Source: Candidatus Cloacimonadales bacterium (lineage in GTDB: Bacteria; Cloacimonadota; Cloacimonadia; Cloacimonadales; JAFGVF01). Taken from it: a stretch of DNA of 64,000 nucleotides. The translations under genes and the position numbers were made by a program. Shown piece after piece: positions 10,678 to 20,806 of the stretch (position 1 is the first letter of the stretch; every line of letters starts with the position of its first letter). Under the pieces are notes generated by a model, which worked only from the letters and a program-made list of their open reading frames with translations, was not told the origin of the DNA and did no database searches. Location of the stretch: positions 1,440,001 through 1,504,000 of the forward strand of contig OY782781.1 in the NCBI GenBank assembly GCA_963678315.1. Direction: 5' to 3'.

Positions 10678-11493
10678 ATGAAAAAGATTATATTTACAGA
10701 TTTGGATGGTACTTTATTTAATTCAGATAGCCAAATCTCTCTTGAGAACTATGAGACCTTAACAAAGCTTGGTAATCTTGGAATAGTAAGAGTGATTGTA
10801 ACAGGTCGTTCTCTATATTCAGCAAATCAAGTATTAACTAAAGATTTTCCAATAGATTATCTTGTTTTTTCTTCAGGAGCTGGGGTGGTTAAGCATGATA
10901 CTGGGCAAGTTTTATCTAAGAAAGAGATAGATGAAGAAACAGTTGCAGAGATGATTAGTTATCTTAAGAGAATTGATGTTGATTTTATGGTGCATGAACC
11001 AATCCCCAATAATCATGTTTTTGATTACTATAAATCGTCTAAGGGATGCCGTGATGCTAGAAGAAGAGTCCACCTATATAAAGATTTTGCTAAAGCTTTA
11101 AATACAGATTACAGTGGTAGAGCTACCCAACTACTTGCTATTGTGGATGATGATAAACTTCATCTTGTAGACCATTTAACCCAATTATTTCCCAATCTTT
11201 CAATTATTAGGGCAACCTCACCTATTGATAATAAATCAGTATGGATTGAAATTTTTCCAAAAGGTATTGACAAAGGTTATGCATGTCGTAAAGTTATAAA
11301 GAAACTTGGATTTACAGCTGATCAAGCTCTGGTTATTGGAAATGATTTCAATGATTTGGCAATGTTACAAGCATTTGAGGATGCTTATGTAGTAGGAAAT
11401 GCTCATCCAGAATTAAAAGAAAAGTTCAAAGTGGTTAGCTCTAATGACGATAATGGTTTTACTGAAATGATAAATAAATATATCACTTTTTAA
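10678..11493 (+). CDS. Cof-type HAD-IIB hydrolase
   Basis: FTDLDGTL, VTGRS, GIDKG, IGNDFNDLAML. Confidence 0.9.
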   Translation: MKKIIFTDLDGTLFNSDSQISLENYETLTKLGNLGIVRVIVTGRSLYSANQVLTKDFPIDYLVFSSGAGVVKHDTGQVLSKKEIDEETVAEMISYLKRIDVDFMVHEPIPNNHVFDYYKSSKGCRDARRRVHLYKDFAKALNTDYSGRATQLLAIVDDDKLHLVDHLTQLFPNLSIIRATSPIDNKSVWIEIFPKGIDKGYACRKVIKKLGFTADQALVIGNDFNDLAMLQAFEDAYVVGNAHPELKEKFKVVSSNDDNGFTEMINKYITF

Positions 11494-11550
11494 AACCTAT
11501 GGTGTTAGTTATCTCACAGGATAATTAATGTAAATGTACTTACAAAGGAG

Positions 11551-12642
11551 ATGATAATGAATATTCAAGAATTTTACAATAAACTTTCAAATCAAATACC
11601 AACATCTTTAGCGATGTCATGGGATAATGTTGGACTTCTAATAGGAGATGGACAACAAGAACTAAATAAAATCCTTATAACTCTAGATGTTACACCAAAT
11701 GCTGTTGAAAAAGCTATAACTGAAAAATGTAACTTAATAGTATCACATCACCCAATAATCTTTGGCAAAATTAACAAGATCAATAATCCGCTCTTCCTTA
11801 AACTTATTAGACACAATATTGATGTAATTTCGATGCATACCAATCTTGATGTTGTAGCAAAAGGGGTTAACAAGGTTCTAGCAGAGAAAATAGGACTTAA
11901 TAACATTCGTTTTTTATCAAATGAATCTGGAAATAAAGTATATTGGGGAAAGATATTTGTTCCTAAATGGGAATGCGAAGACCTAATAAAAGCTATTACA
12001 GAGGCTGGAGCAGGTGTCTATGAGAATTATTCAAATTGTGTAATTGAAACACAGGTCATTGGTACCTTCAAACCTCAACTTTCTTCAAAACCTTTTAAAG
12101 GAACAATCGGTAAAGTTGAACAAGTAGATGAAATTGAACTTCAATTCAGAGTTGATTTCACTAAAAAGAATGATGTTGTTGCTGCAATTCACAAGGCTCA
12201 TCCTTATGAAACACCTGTTTATCACTTCTATGAGATAGATGATAATAATACTAACTACGGTTTAGGTATGCTTGGAGAACTCAAAGATGAAATGATGTTA
12301 GAGGATTTCGCTAAGCATGTTAAAGAAAAACTAGGTGCTGAATTCGTTAAGCTGTGGACTGCCGGAAAAGATAACACTCCAATTAAAACTGTTTCTGTTT
12401 GTGGAGGTTCAGGTTCATCACTATTGGGTAAAGCTACTAGGTTAAGTGATGTAATGGTCACTGGTGATGTAACTTATCATACTATGCTAGATTCAAGTCT
12501 GCCAATTATTGATGCTGGTCATTTCTTTACAGAGAACCTTATTGTTGCTTGTCTTGCTGATTTATTTACATATTGGGATATAGATAATTGTGTTCTTTAT
12601 CCTTGTGAACATGAAATTAAACATCAAAAGATAATTTTTTAA
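11551..12642 (+). CDS. Nif3-like dinuclear metal centre protein with PII-like insert
   Basis: WDNVGLLIG, SHHPIIF, MHTNLD, AHPYETP, DAGHFFTE. Confidence 0.92.
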   Translation: MIMNIQEFYNKLSNQIPTSLAMSWDNVGLLIGDGQQELNKILITLDVTPNAVEKAITEKCNLIVSHHPIIFGKINKINNPLFLKLIRHNIDVISMHTNLDVVAKGVNKVLAEKIGLNNIRFLSNESGNKVYWGKIFVPKWECEDLIKAITEAGAGVYENYSNCVIETQVIGTFKPQLSSKPFKGTIGKVEQVDEIELQFRVDFTKKNDVVAAIHKAHPYETPVYHFYEIDDNNTNYGLGMLGELKDEMMLEDFAKHVKEKLGAEFVKLWTAGKDNTPIKTVSVCGGSGSSLLGKATRLSDVMVTGDVTYHTMLDSSLPIIDAGHFFTENLIVACLADLFTYWDIDNCVLYPCEHEIKHQKIIF

Positions 12643-12644
12643 TT

Positions 12645-13619
12645 ATGAAACGCAGTGAACATAACCCAATCCTTTCCTACAAAGATATGCCTTACTATCC
12701 TTTCGAGTTCCCATTTGAAGGGATAGATGTATCATCTGCTTTTAATCCTGGTGCTTGTCTCTTCAATGGAGAGTATTATCTCCTTGTAAGAGTACAAGAT
12801 AGAGGTCGTAGAACTCACTTAATTATTGCTCATAGTCTTGATAATGTTGAATGGGGTATAACTTATCCTCCAATTGAATGGATAGGGCTTGATAGCTATG
12901 AAAAGGAGATTTTACATCTCTATGATCCAAGAATCACTAAGATTGAAAATATTTATTATATCATGTTTGCTATGGATACTAAAGAAGGTTGTTTCTTAGG
13001 ATTAGGCAAAACGGAAGATTTTAGAAATTTCTACTTTCTAGGACAAGTATCTCATCAACAGAGTCGTAATGGTGTTCTTTTCCCAGAGAAATTTGGTGAT
13101 TTTTATTATAGATTAGAACGTCCCAATAAACATGTTTTAGATAGCGGAGTAGCAACAGGGACTAGTGTTATTCTATCAAAATCAAAAAATCTATTAGAGT
13201 GGGAGAGAGTTTCAGAAGTCTTTTCTGGCTGTCCTCATTACTGGGATGAACTAGTTGGTTCTGGTCCTCCACCAGTTAAAACTCGCCAAGGATGGCTACA
13301 TATCTATCATGGAGTTGCAACTCATTTCTCAAGTTCTAATATCTATCAAGCAGGTGTTATACTTCTTGATTTGGATAATCCTGATAAGGTGATAAGTCGC
13401 GGTAAACATAACATCCTTGAACCAAGGGAAATATATGAACTAACAGGGCAAGTTCCCAATGTCGTTTTTCCATCAGGCATGATTGTTGAAGAATATGATG
13501 ACCAAGGATTCGCCAAAGAGAATAGTAAAGTTTATATCTATTATGGAGCTGCAGACACACATGTTTGTTTAGCTGAAACTACGATAAAAGAATTAATTAA
13601 CTTATCAAGAATAAAGTAG
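12645..13619 (+). CDS. GH130 family glycosidase / mannoside phosphorylase
   Basis: AFNPGA, YDPRIT, RNGVLFPEK, YHGV, GQVPNVVFPSG, YYGAADT. Confidence 0.88.
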   Translation: MKRSEHNPILSYKDMPYYPFEFPFEGIDVSSAFNPGACLFNGEYYLLVRVQDRGRRTHLIIAHSLDNVEWGITYPPIEWIGLDSYEKEILHLYDPRITKIENIYYIMFAMDTKEGCFLGLGKTEDFRNFYFLGQVSHQQSRNGVLFPEKFGDFYYRLERPNKHVLDSGVATGTSVILSKSKNLLEWERVSEVFSGCPHYWDELVGSGPPPVKTRQGWLHIYHGVATHFSSSNIYQAGVILLDLDNPDKVISRGKHNILEPREIYELTGQVPNVVFPSGMIVEEYDDQGFAKENSKVYIYYGAADTHVCLAETTIKELINLSRIK

Positions 13620-13624
13620 GTTAT

Positions 13625-14803
13625 ATGAAAAAGATATTTAAATTGAAAGGCATAGTACAGAACTATGCATGGGGTAATAAAAGCTATATCCCTAATTTGC
13701 TTGGTATTGATAACACAGACAACAAGCCTTTTGCTGAACTATGGATGGGAGCTCATTCAAAAGCTCCATCAATTATTGCAGAAAGTTCAAAAACACTTAA
13801 TATTGCTATTGAAGATAATCCAATTGAACTACTAGGAAGCAAAGTTGCCAAGAATTTTAATAATAAATTACCTTATCTTTTCAAGGTTTTAAGCTCAGAG
13901 AAACCTCTTTCTATACAGGCTCATCCTAATTTACAACAAGCTCAGGCTGGCTATGCTAAAGAGAATAAGCAAGCTATAGAATTAACAGATTTTTATAGAA
14001 ACTACAAAGATGATAACCATAAACCTGAACTTATCTGTGCTCTAACTGAGTTTCATGCTATGTGTGGATTTAGACAAGCTGATGAAATAATTAATAACTT
14101 CAAGAAGTGCCAAATAGATGAATACTTGGATTCTTTCAAGGATTTTGTAGACAAAAAAGATTCTGAGTCTCTTAAGATTCTTTTTGCTGAAGTTCTAAGC
14201 AGTAAAGGGATTAAGAAAGGTCGCATGCTCATTGCTCTAGAAAATTCAGCTCCAACTTTAGATGATGAACTAACTTCTATGTGGGTGCAGAAGATGATGA
14301 AGCTCTACGAAAATGATATTGGAGCTCTTTCACCCCTCTTTCTAAATACTTTTGTCTTACAGCCAGGACAGGCTATTTATTTGAAAGCAGGAATTCTACA
14401 TGCTTACTTACAAGGAACAGGTATGGAAATAATGGCAAACTCCGATAATGTCCTTCGAGGAGGTCTTACACCTAAAAATATTGATGTTGATGAACTTCTA
14501 TCAATTCTAGATACTCAGATGGCTCGACCAGAGATACAATCTTATCCTGATACAAATGCTATCACAGAATATAATATTCCTATCAATGAGTTTTCATTAA
14601 GAAGAGTAAATCTACATAAGACTACTGCTGTTGCTAATAATGGTCCTTCCATAGCTATTGTAATTGATGGAAATGCTAAAATTACATCTGATAGTAATGT
14701 CGAAAGTGTTGTTAAAGGTGATATTGTCTTTATTTCTGGTGATGTTAACAACTATCAACTTACAGGGAATGGGCTCATCTTTATAGCCTCAACAAATTTG
14801 TAA
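13625..14803 (+). CDS. manA: Mannose-6-phosphate isomerase, class I
   Basis: QNYAWG, AELWMGAH, LSIQAHP, YKDDNHKPE, LHAYLQG, EIMANSDNVLRGGLT. Confidence 0.95.
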   Translation: MKKIFKLKGIVQNYAWGNKSYIPNLLGIDNTDNKPFAELWMGAHSKAPSIIAESSKTLNIAIEDNPIELLGSKVAKNFNNKLPYLFKVLSSEKPLSIQAHPNLQQAQAGYAKENKQAIELTDFYRNYKDDNHKPELICALTEFHAMCGFRQADEIINNFKKCQIDEYLDSFKDFVDKKDSESLKILFAEVLSSKGIKKGRMLIALENSAPTLDDELTSMWVQKMMKLYENDIGALSPLFLNTFVLQPGQAIYLKAGILHAYLQGTGMEIMANSDNVLRGGLTPKNIDVDELLSILDTQMARPEIQSYPDTNAITEYNIPINEFSLRRVNLHKTTAVANNGPSIAIVIDGNAKITSDSNVESVVKGDIVFISGDVNNYQLTGNGLIFIASTNL

Positions 14804-14848
14804 AATTTAAGTTATTATGCTTTTAACCTATATCAAAGATAGGCCACC

Positions 14849-15186
14849 CTTACTGGTCTCCTTGAAAAAAGTCCATTTTTTCAAGGAGGCAAGTAAGTTA
14901 GGAGTTACTGGGAACGCTTTTTGCCTTTAGTCCGGCTACTGCCGGATAGCCGGCTAATACTGGGAACGCTCGGCTACTAGCCGGCTAATACTGGGATCGC
15001 CAGCCTCTGTGCTGGCTTCACTTAGAACATAGTGATAAGTGAATATATAGAGAAGCCTACCATAAAAACCCCTAAGGGGTGGCATATATTAGCATGGAGT
15101 CTTGTACCGCATGCAAATACCAAATAAACATCAAGCCCTGAAAGGGCGACATAAAGAATGAACTGTAGAGACGAACTGCTGCTAGC
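14849..15186. repeat. Mosaic cluster of REP-like palindromes
   Basis: CTCCTTGAAAAAA-n-TTTTTTCAAGGAGG hairpin; three CTGGGA(A/T)CGC...GC(C/T)GGCT units; ACCCCTAAGGGGT...GCCCTGAAAGGGCGACATAAA; GTAGAGACGAAC; each recurs at 24.3-25.0 kb and/or 49.7-50.3 kb. Confidence 0.8.
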
Positions 15187-15189
15187 TTA

Positions 15190-15585
15190 TCACCTCTGTT
15201 CCATCTTCCACAGCTTATATTTTAAGTATGCAATAGGAAAGAAAGGAGTCATAGTTCTAATTCTGAAGGCATAATGCGAAGTGAATAAGTGATCAATATT
15301 CCATAAGTGCAGACTAACTATTTTCAAAACAATTGATAGTATAAGTACTATAACTACATCCCAAAAAATACGATAGTTTTTAAAGACAGGTAGCCAAATA
15401 GCTATTAAACTTGCAAATGAAACAAATAAAAAACCATTTGTATTAAACAAATCTTCATAATTATAATGAACATACATCAAGGCTATAGCTCTGATTAACA
15501 TTAGGATAATTAAGAATTTGTATAAGGAAAAATTAACAGTTAAATCTTCGTTATTAACTTTCTTACTATAAGGTCGATAATCCAT
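15190..15585 (-). CDS. Hypothetical membrane protein
   Basis: 131-aa ORF with 3-4 hydrophobic segments and GAGG RBS. Confidence 0.6.
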   Translation of the reverse strand: MDYRPYSKKVNNEDLTVNFSLYKFLIILMLIRAIALMYVHYNYEDLFNTNGFLFVSFASLIAIWLPVFKNYRIFWDVVIVLILSIVLKIVSLHLWNIDHLFTSHYAFRIRTMTPFFPIAYLKYKLWKMEQR

Positions 15586-15670
15586 AAAATGCCTCTTTCA
15601 AAATTTTATATAATTTACAGAATGTATGAATTTATGTCAAGAAATTGCTTATAAGGAAATGTAGATAGAG

Positions 15671-15702
15671 AAAAAAAAGTGCAGACCTTGATCTGCACTT
15701 TT
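15671..15702 (-). terminator. Intrinsic terminator after ettA
   Basis: aaaagtgcaga-ccttga-tctgcactttt with an A8 run (U tail on minus strand). Confidence 0.85.
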
Positions 15703-15728
15703 CAATTTTATGTAATATTACAAAGTGA

Positions 15729-17408
15729 TTAAACTCTAGTAAGTTTTCTATAAGTAATACGTTTAGGTACTAAAGCTTTTTCACCTAAGCGTTCTAATTT
15801 ATCTTCTTCATATTCAGAGAAGTTACCATCAAACCATTTAACTTTAGAATCACCTTCAAAAGCAAGGATATGGGTACAGATTCTATCTAAGAAGTATCTA
15901 TCATGGCTAATAACAACAGCACAGCCAGCGAAGTTCATTAAAGCATCTTCTAAGGCACGGATAGTGTTGATGTCTAAGTCATTAGTAGGTTCATCTAGAA
16001 GAAGAACATTGCCACCAGTTTGAAGAGTAAGAGCTAAATATGCTCTATTTTTTTCACCACCTGAAAGAACATTCATTGGTTTTTCTTGTTCTTTAGAATT
16101 AAAGTTAAATCTTGAAAGGTATTGTCTAACATTAATTTCTTTGTTGCCAACTTGCATAACATCTCTACCATCACCGATAAGTTCAAGTATAGTTTTATCT
16201 GAATCAACAATACGAGCTTGGTCGACGTAAGATAATTTAACAGTATCACCTAAAGTAAAAGTACCAGTGTCAGCTTGGATTTTTTCTGTAATCATATTGA
16301 AAAGAGTAGTTTTACCTGCACCATTGGCTCCGATTACACCAATAATACCACCAGCTGGAAGGTCGAAAGATAAATCTTCATAAAGAAGTTTTTCATCAAA
16401 AGCTTTTGATACACCTTCAGCCTTAATTACATTAGTACCTAATTTTGGACCTGTAGGGATGTAAAGAGAGTCTGTAGAATTCTCTTTCTGGAAGTCAGCT
16501 GAAGCCATCTTCTCATAATTAGCGATTCTTGCTTTACTCTTAGCATGTTTAGCTTTAGCAGTAGATTTAATCCATTCTAATTCACGTTGAAGAGCTTTCT
16601 GACGTTTAGATTCACCTTTAGCCTCAGTAGCTAAACGCTTTTGTTTTTGGTCTAACCATGAAGAATAGTTACCTTCCCAAGGAATACCTTCACCTCTATC
16701 AAGTTCAAGAATCCAACCTGCAACATTATCAAGGAAGTATCTATCATGAGTGATAGCAATAACTGTTCCTTTGTAGTTGTGAAGATGATGTTCTAACCAA
16801 AGAATTGTCTCAGCATCAAGATGGTTAGTAGGCTCATCAAGAAGTAAGATGTCTGGTTCTTGAAGAAGTAGACGACATAAAGCAACACGACGTTTTTCAC
16901 CACCAGAGATGACAGCAGTTTTTAAGTCACCAGCTGGACAACGAAGAGCATCCATAGCTAGTTCCAATCTAGAATCAAGATCCCAGGCATTGCAAGCATC
17001 AAGTTTATCTTGAACATCACCTTGTTCTTTCATAAGTTTATCCATTTCATCATCAGACATTGGCTCACAAAAAGCTAAATTGATTTCTTCAAACCTTTCT
17101 AAAAGAGCTACTGCTTCAGAAGCACCTTCTTTAACTATATCAAGAACTGTTTTTTCAGGGTCTAACTGAGGGTCTTGTTCAAGATAACCTATTGTGTAGC
17201 CTTTTGACATTGCAACTTCACCAAGAAAATCTTGGTCAATTCCAGCCATGATTTTTAATAGAGTTGATTTACCTGAACCATTTAAACCTACGATACCAAT
17301 CTTAGCCCCGTAATAAAAACCTAAGTAGATATCTTTTAATATTTGCTTATTTCCATCAATGACTTTACCAACCTTACTCATTGAATAAATAACTTTATTT
17401 TCTTCCAT
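15729..17408 (-). CDS. ettA: Energy-dependent translational throttle protein (ABC-F ATPase)
   Basis: Two ABC domains; YGAKIGIVGLNGSGKS, LELAMDALRCP, GEGIPWEGNYSSWL, THILAFEGDS, ends RITYRKLTR. Confidence 0.95.
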   Translation of the reverse strand: MEENKVIYSMSKVGKVIDGNKQILKDIYLGFYYGAKIGIVGLNGSGKSTLLKIMAGIDQDFLGEVAMSKGYTIGYLEQDPQLDPEKTVLDIVKEGASEAVALLERFEEINLAFCEPMSDDEMDKLMKEQGDVQDKLDACNAWDLDSRLELAMDALRCPAGDLKTAVISGGEKRRVALCRLLLQEPDILLLDEPTNHLDAETILWLEHHLHNYKGTVIAITHDRYFLDNVAGWILELDRGEGIPWEGNYSSWLDQKQKRLATEAKGESKRQKALQRELEWIKSTAKAKHAKSKARIANYEKMASADFQKENSTDSLYIPTGPKLGTNVIKAEGVSKAFDEKLLYEDLSFDLPAGGIIGVIGANGAGKTTLFNMITEKIQADTGTFTLGDTVKLSYVDQARIVDSDKTILELIGDGRDVMQVGNKEINVRQYLSRFNFNSKEQEKPMNVLSGGEKNRAYLALTLQTGGNVLLLDEPTNDLDINTIRALEDALMNFAGCAVVISHDRYFLDRICTHILAFEGDSKVKWFDGNFSEYEEDKLERLGEKALVPKRITYRKLTRV

Positions 17409-17480
17409 TTTACTTCCTTTTATTTATGTATAGAGTCAGAAAAATTTAGGAAGATAAGATGTCAAAATATATATATAAAA

Positions 17481-17755
17481 AAAGAGACGTTTCACGAACG
17501 TCTCACATCTTTTTAAAGTTAAGGAAATTTGTTTTTGCTTTATTTTTACAAAAATAAATCGACAATAGCTTAGTTAAAACTTTAGTCGAAGATTGTACTG
17601 TGACAGGCGAAGACTGTTTATAATACTTCGAGTGCTAAAGATTTAGCTAAGATATGTCGAATCTCAAAATGCAAGACATTTTTGTTTATCAACAGGTAAT
17701 TTTCAACATTAAACCTATTGTCAAAAGTAAAGAGACGTTTCACGAACGTCTCACA
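17481..17755 (+). repeat. ~210-bp structured non-coding element (copy A) between two identical 27-bp hairpins
   Basis: aaagagacgtttcacgaacgtctcaca at 17481-17507 and 17729-17755; interior 17516-17728 aligns with the reverse complement of 60921-61136. Confidence 0.85.
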
Positions 17756-17782
17756 ATAAACATAGATTTCTTATTAGGTATA

Positions 17783-19483
17783 TTATACGTATAAATAACG
17801 TTTAATTTTCATAGTTGGGGTCTTCTCAAAAGGCTCCATTTGCTCAACAACTTTAGATAGTCTTGAGAAAGATGACACCCTAGAGTTAACCTCTAGCTTA
17901 ATTTTATTTAAAATGTTATCAACTTCTTCTTTAAGCTTTGATTCTGAATAATTGTGTGATTTGAAGAGGTCATCAATTAGTTCGTAGTTAAGATGTATCT
18001 TGGCTGTAAGTTTATGGTTATTTTCATAGACAATAGATTCATTTACTAGTTCAGATTCATTGATCACAGCTTCAATTTCTTCAGGATAAATGTTTTCACC
18101 ACTAGGACCAAGAATAACATTTTTAAGTCTACCTTTGATGTAAAGATAACCATTTTTCATTAGACCCAAATCTCCTGTTCTAAAGTACTTTTTACCATTA
18201 ATGGTGATAAAAGCTTCTTCTGTTTGCTTGGGAGCTTTATAGTACTTTTTCATAACAGTTTTACCTCTAACAACAATCTCACCTTCATTGGTTTTAGGAT
18301 TCTTGTTGATGATTAGATGTTTTAGCTTGTAGACAATAGGTCCAGTAGAACGATATCTCATTTTAGAAGGATGAGAGCCAGCTAAAAGAGGGGATGTTTC
18401 TGTAAGTCCATAACCAATTGAATATGGGAAAGAAGAATCAAAAAGGAACCTCTCAACATCTGGAGCTAAAGGCGCACCACCAACACCAAAGAATTTAAGA
18501 CAACCACCAAATGATGTCATTAGTTTTTTACCAGCTATCTTGTGGAAGATAACCCTGAAGAAAGGAATCTTATACAAGAAATGTACAAATTTATTGCTGG
18601 TAAAAGTAGGTAATACTTTGTTCCTGAATATCTTTTCTATGATTAGAGGAACAGTCAGCATGATAGTAGGTCTTACTTTAGCTAAAGCTGGGAGTAAGAC
18701 TCTTGGAGTTGGAGCTTTTTTGATGTAGTGTAAAGCACAATTAAACATTAATGGATATAAAAAGCCAAGAGTTGCTTCATAAGTATGGGGGAGAGGTAAT
18801 ATTGAAATTAATCTATCATTCTCATCCATAGGTTGAACTGAATAACAAGCTTCAACATTTTGAACTAAGTTCTCATTTGTAAGCATAACCCCTTTTGACT
18901 TGCCGGTAGTTCCTGACGTATAAATTATAACAACAACGTCTTTTCCTGATATCTTGCTAGACCTGAATAGATTGGTTGGAGAGAAACGACTGGTCCTTTT
19001 AGTAACTAATCTTTTCTGTTCTTGGTAGATAGATTTTAATTTAGCAAAAGTGGACTCAGGTTCTAGTCTCTCAAATGACTCAATGTCAAAGGCTAAATCA
19101 ATTCCATTACCTAGCATAGCTTCAAACTTAGGATAAAGTCTTTCAGAAACGAATATTGCTTTAGATTCAGAGTGGCGTAAAATATGATGAATCTCATTTT
19201 CATGGAATTCAGTAAGGATTGGTACAACAATTGCACCTAATGAGATAATTGCAAGATAGCTGATACACCAGTTAGGTGAGTTTTGACTTAGGATAGCTAC
19301 TTTATCACCATGCTTAATACCATGCATGTCTAATAGCTTGGCTATTCTTTCAATCTCTAGGCCTAACTTCTCATAAGTAATACCTTCTTCATCAACCCAA
19401 GTCAGAGCAATCTGTGCAGGTCGCTTCTTTATTGCATCATGTATGTTCTCAATTAGAGTCTCTTTTAATTTAATCTTTTTCAT
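17783..19483 (-). CDS. Long-chain fatty acid-CoA ligase (AMP-binding)
   Basis: IIYTSGTTGKSKG, GYGLTETSP, FRTGDLG, GRLKNVI, ENIYPEEIE. Confidence 0.92.
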   Translation of the reverse strand: MKKIKLKETLIENIHDAIKKRPAQIALTWVDEEGITYEKLGLEIERIAKLLDMHGIKHGDKVAILSQNSPNWCISYLAIISLGAIVVPILTEFHENEIHHILRHSESKAIFVSERLYPKFEAMLGNGIDLAFDIESFERLEPESTFAKLKSIYQEQKRLVTKRTSRFSPTNLFRSSKISGKDVVVIIYTSGTTGKSKGVMLTNENLVQNVEACYSVQPMDENDRLISILPLPHTYEATLGFLYPLMFNCALHYIKKAPTPRVLLPALAKVRPTIMLTVPLIIEKIFRNKVLPTFTSNKFVHFLYKIPFFRVIFHKIAGKKLMTSFGGCLKFFGVGGAPLAPDVERFLFDSSFPYSIGYGLTETSPLLAGSHPSKMRYRSTGPIVYKLKHLIINKNPKTNEGEIVVRGKTVMKKYYKAPKQTEEAFITINGKKYFRTGDLGLMKNGYLYIKGRLKNVILGPSGENIYPEEIEAVINESELVNESIVYENNHKLTAKIHLNYELIDDLFKSHNYSESKLKEEVDNILNKIKLEVNSRVSSFSRLSKVVEQMEPFEKTPTMKIKRYLYV

Positions 19484-19973
19484 ATATAATACCTTTCATA
19501 CTAAACAGAATAAGTATGGATTTTTGTCAACATTTTGAAATTTTGAGACAAGTTACTTACACTAACTATAAGGATAATTTCATCAAAAAAATAAAAAAAA
19601 CAAATTTTTGCTAAATGATAAAAGCAATAAATGAAACTATTGGAGAATTTCAATAAGCTTTTTTCTAAAGTATCCTATATCTTGATTAAAGAAATGAGTG
19701 TCAATAGAATATTACTTATTAAAGCTATTTGTAAATTTTTGCAAGAAATATAAGATGTTAAATATTAAAAGATTATAAGAATTAATGTCCAATAAATGTT
19801 TTCTATTAAAATAAAATCGAGTCCGGGATATGAATAATTAAGTATAGCTGTGACTGTAAATGTTGTAATGTTAAATATACGTAACTTTTATATTAGCAAT
19901 AAATGTTTGACAAGTTTAGAAAAAAAGTCTTATTTAGCAAAATAAACTATTAAATATGATTAGGAGGTCGTAT

Positions 19974-20336
19974 ATGAAAACTCTAGCAGATTTAAGAAAA
20001 ATCAGAGAGAAAGCACAAAGCGACATGAAACTACGTAACAGTGAAACTCGAGTTAAAGTAATAGTAGGAATGGGAACCTCAGGTATTGCTATGGGTGCTC
20101 GAGAAGTAATGAAGTCATTTTTAGATGAAATCGCACATCGTAATTTAACTGATGTATTAGTTACTCAAACAGGAGAAAAGGGATTATCATCAATGGAACC
20201 AGTAGTTGATGTAATCATTGACGGTGGAAAAACAATTACTTATGGTAATATGAACCCTGAAAAGGTTAAAAGAGTTGTTGCAGAGCATATCGTAAATGGT
20301 AACCCTGTAACTGATTTTGTAATTTCAACAGACTAA
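19974..20336 (+). CDS. HndB-like thioredoxin-fold hydrogenase subunit, cysteine-free
   Basis: VIVGMGTSGIAMGAR, QTGEKGLSSMEP, HIVNG match the HndB pattern; AGGAGG RBS favours start 19974. Confidence 0.85.
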   Translation: MKTLADLRKIREKAQSDMKLRNSETRVKVIVGMGTSGIAMGAREVMKSFLDEIAHRNLTDVLVTQTGEKGLSSMEPVVDVIIDGGKTITYGNMNPEKVKRVVAEHIVNGNPVTDFVISTD

Positions 20337-20350
20337 GGAAAGGATTTTAT

Positions 20351-20806
20351 ATGTATCAGGAAATTTTTAAAAAATATGAACCTACAAAAGATAATTTAAT
20401 CTATATCTTACATGATATTCAAGATAATCATCCTCAACAATATATTACAGAAGAAGCAATTCTTGAAGTATCAAAGTATTTAGGTATACCAATCAATCAT
20501 ATATATGGCGTAATTACATTTTATGGAATGTTCTCTACTAAACCAAGAGGAAGAAATATTATTAGATTATGTGAGTCACCTCCATGTTATTTAAAAGGAT
20601 GTGATAACATATACCGTAAATTGAAAGAAGTATTAAATATTAAGCGTGATGAAACTACCGAAGATGGTATGTTTACTTTAGAATTATGTGCTTGCCTTGG
20701 AGTATGTGGTAATGCCCCTGTGATGATGATTAACAACGATATTTATGGCGATTTAACTGAAGATAAAGTTGTTGAAATAATTAACACTATTAAAGGAGAG
20801 AAGTAA
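20351..20806 (+). CDS. [FeFe]-hydrogenase NuoE-like [2Fe-2S] subunit (HndA/HydC)
   Basis: GVITFY, CESPPC...CLGVC, APVMMIN. Confidence 0.92.
   Translation: MYQEIFKKYEPTKDNLIYILHDIQDNHPQQYITEEAILEVSKYLGIPINHIYGVITFYGMFSTKPRGRNIIRLCESPPCYLKGCDNIYRKLKEVLNIKRDETTEDGMFTLELCACLGVCGNAPVMMINNDIYGDLTEDKVVEIINTIKGEK

Noticed and set aside
17481..17755. Two identical 27-bp palindromic repeats as a mini-CRISPR
   Set aside because: The intervening 221 bp is far too long for a spacer and is itself a repeated element
19484..19973. Rex operator or riboswitch upstream of the hydrogenase
   Set aside because: Only weak AT-rich partial palindromes; none fits the Rex consensus spacing
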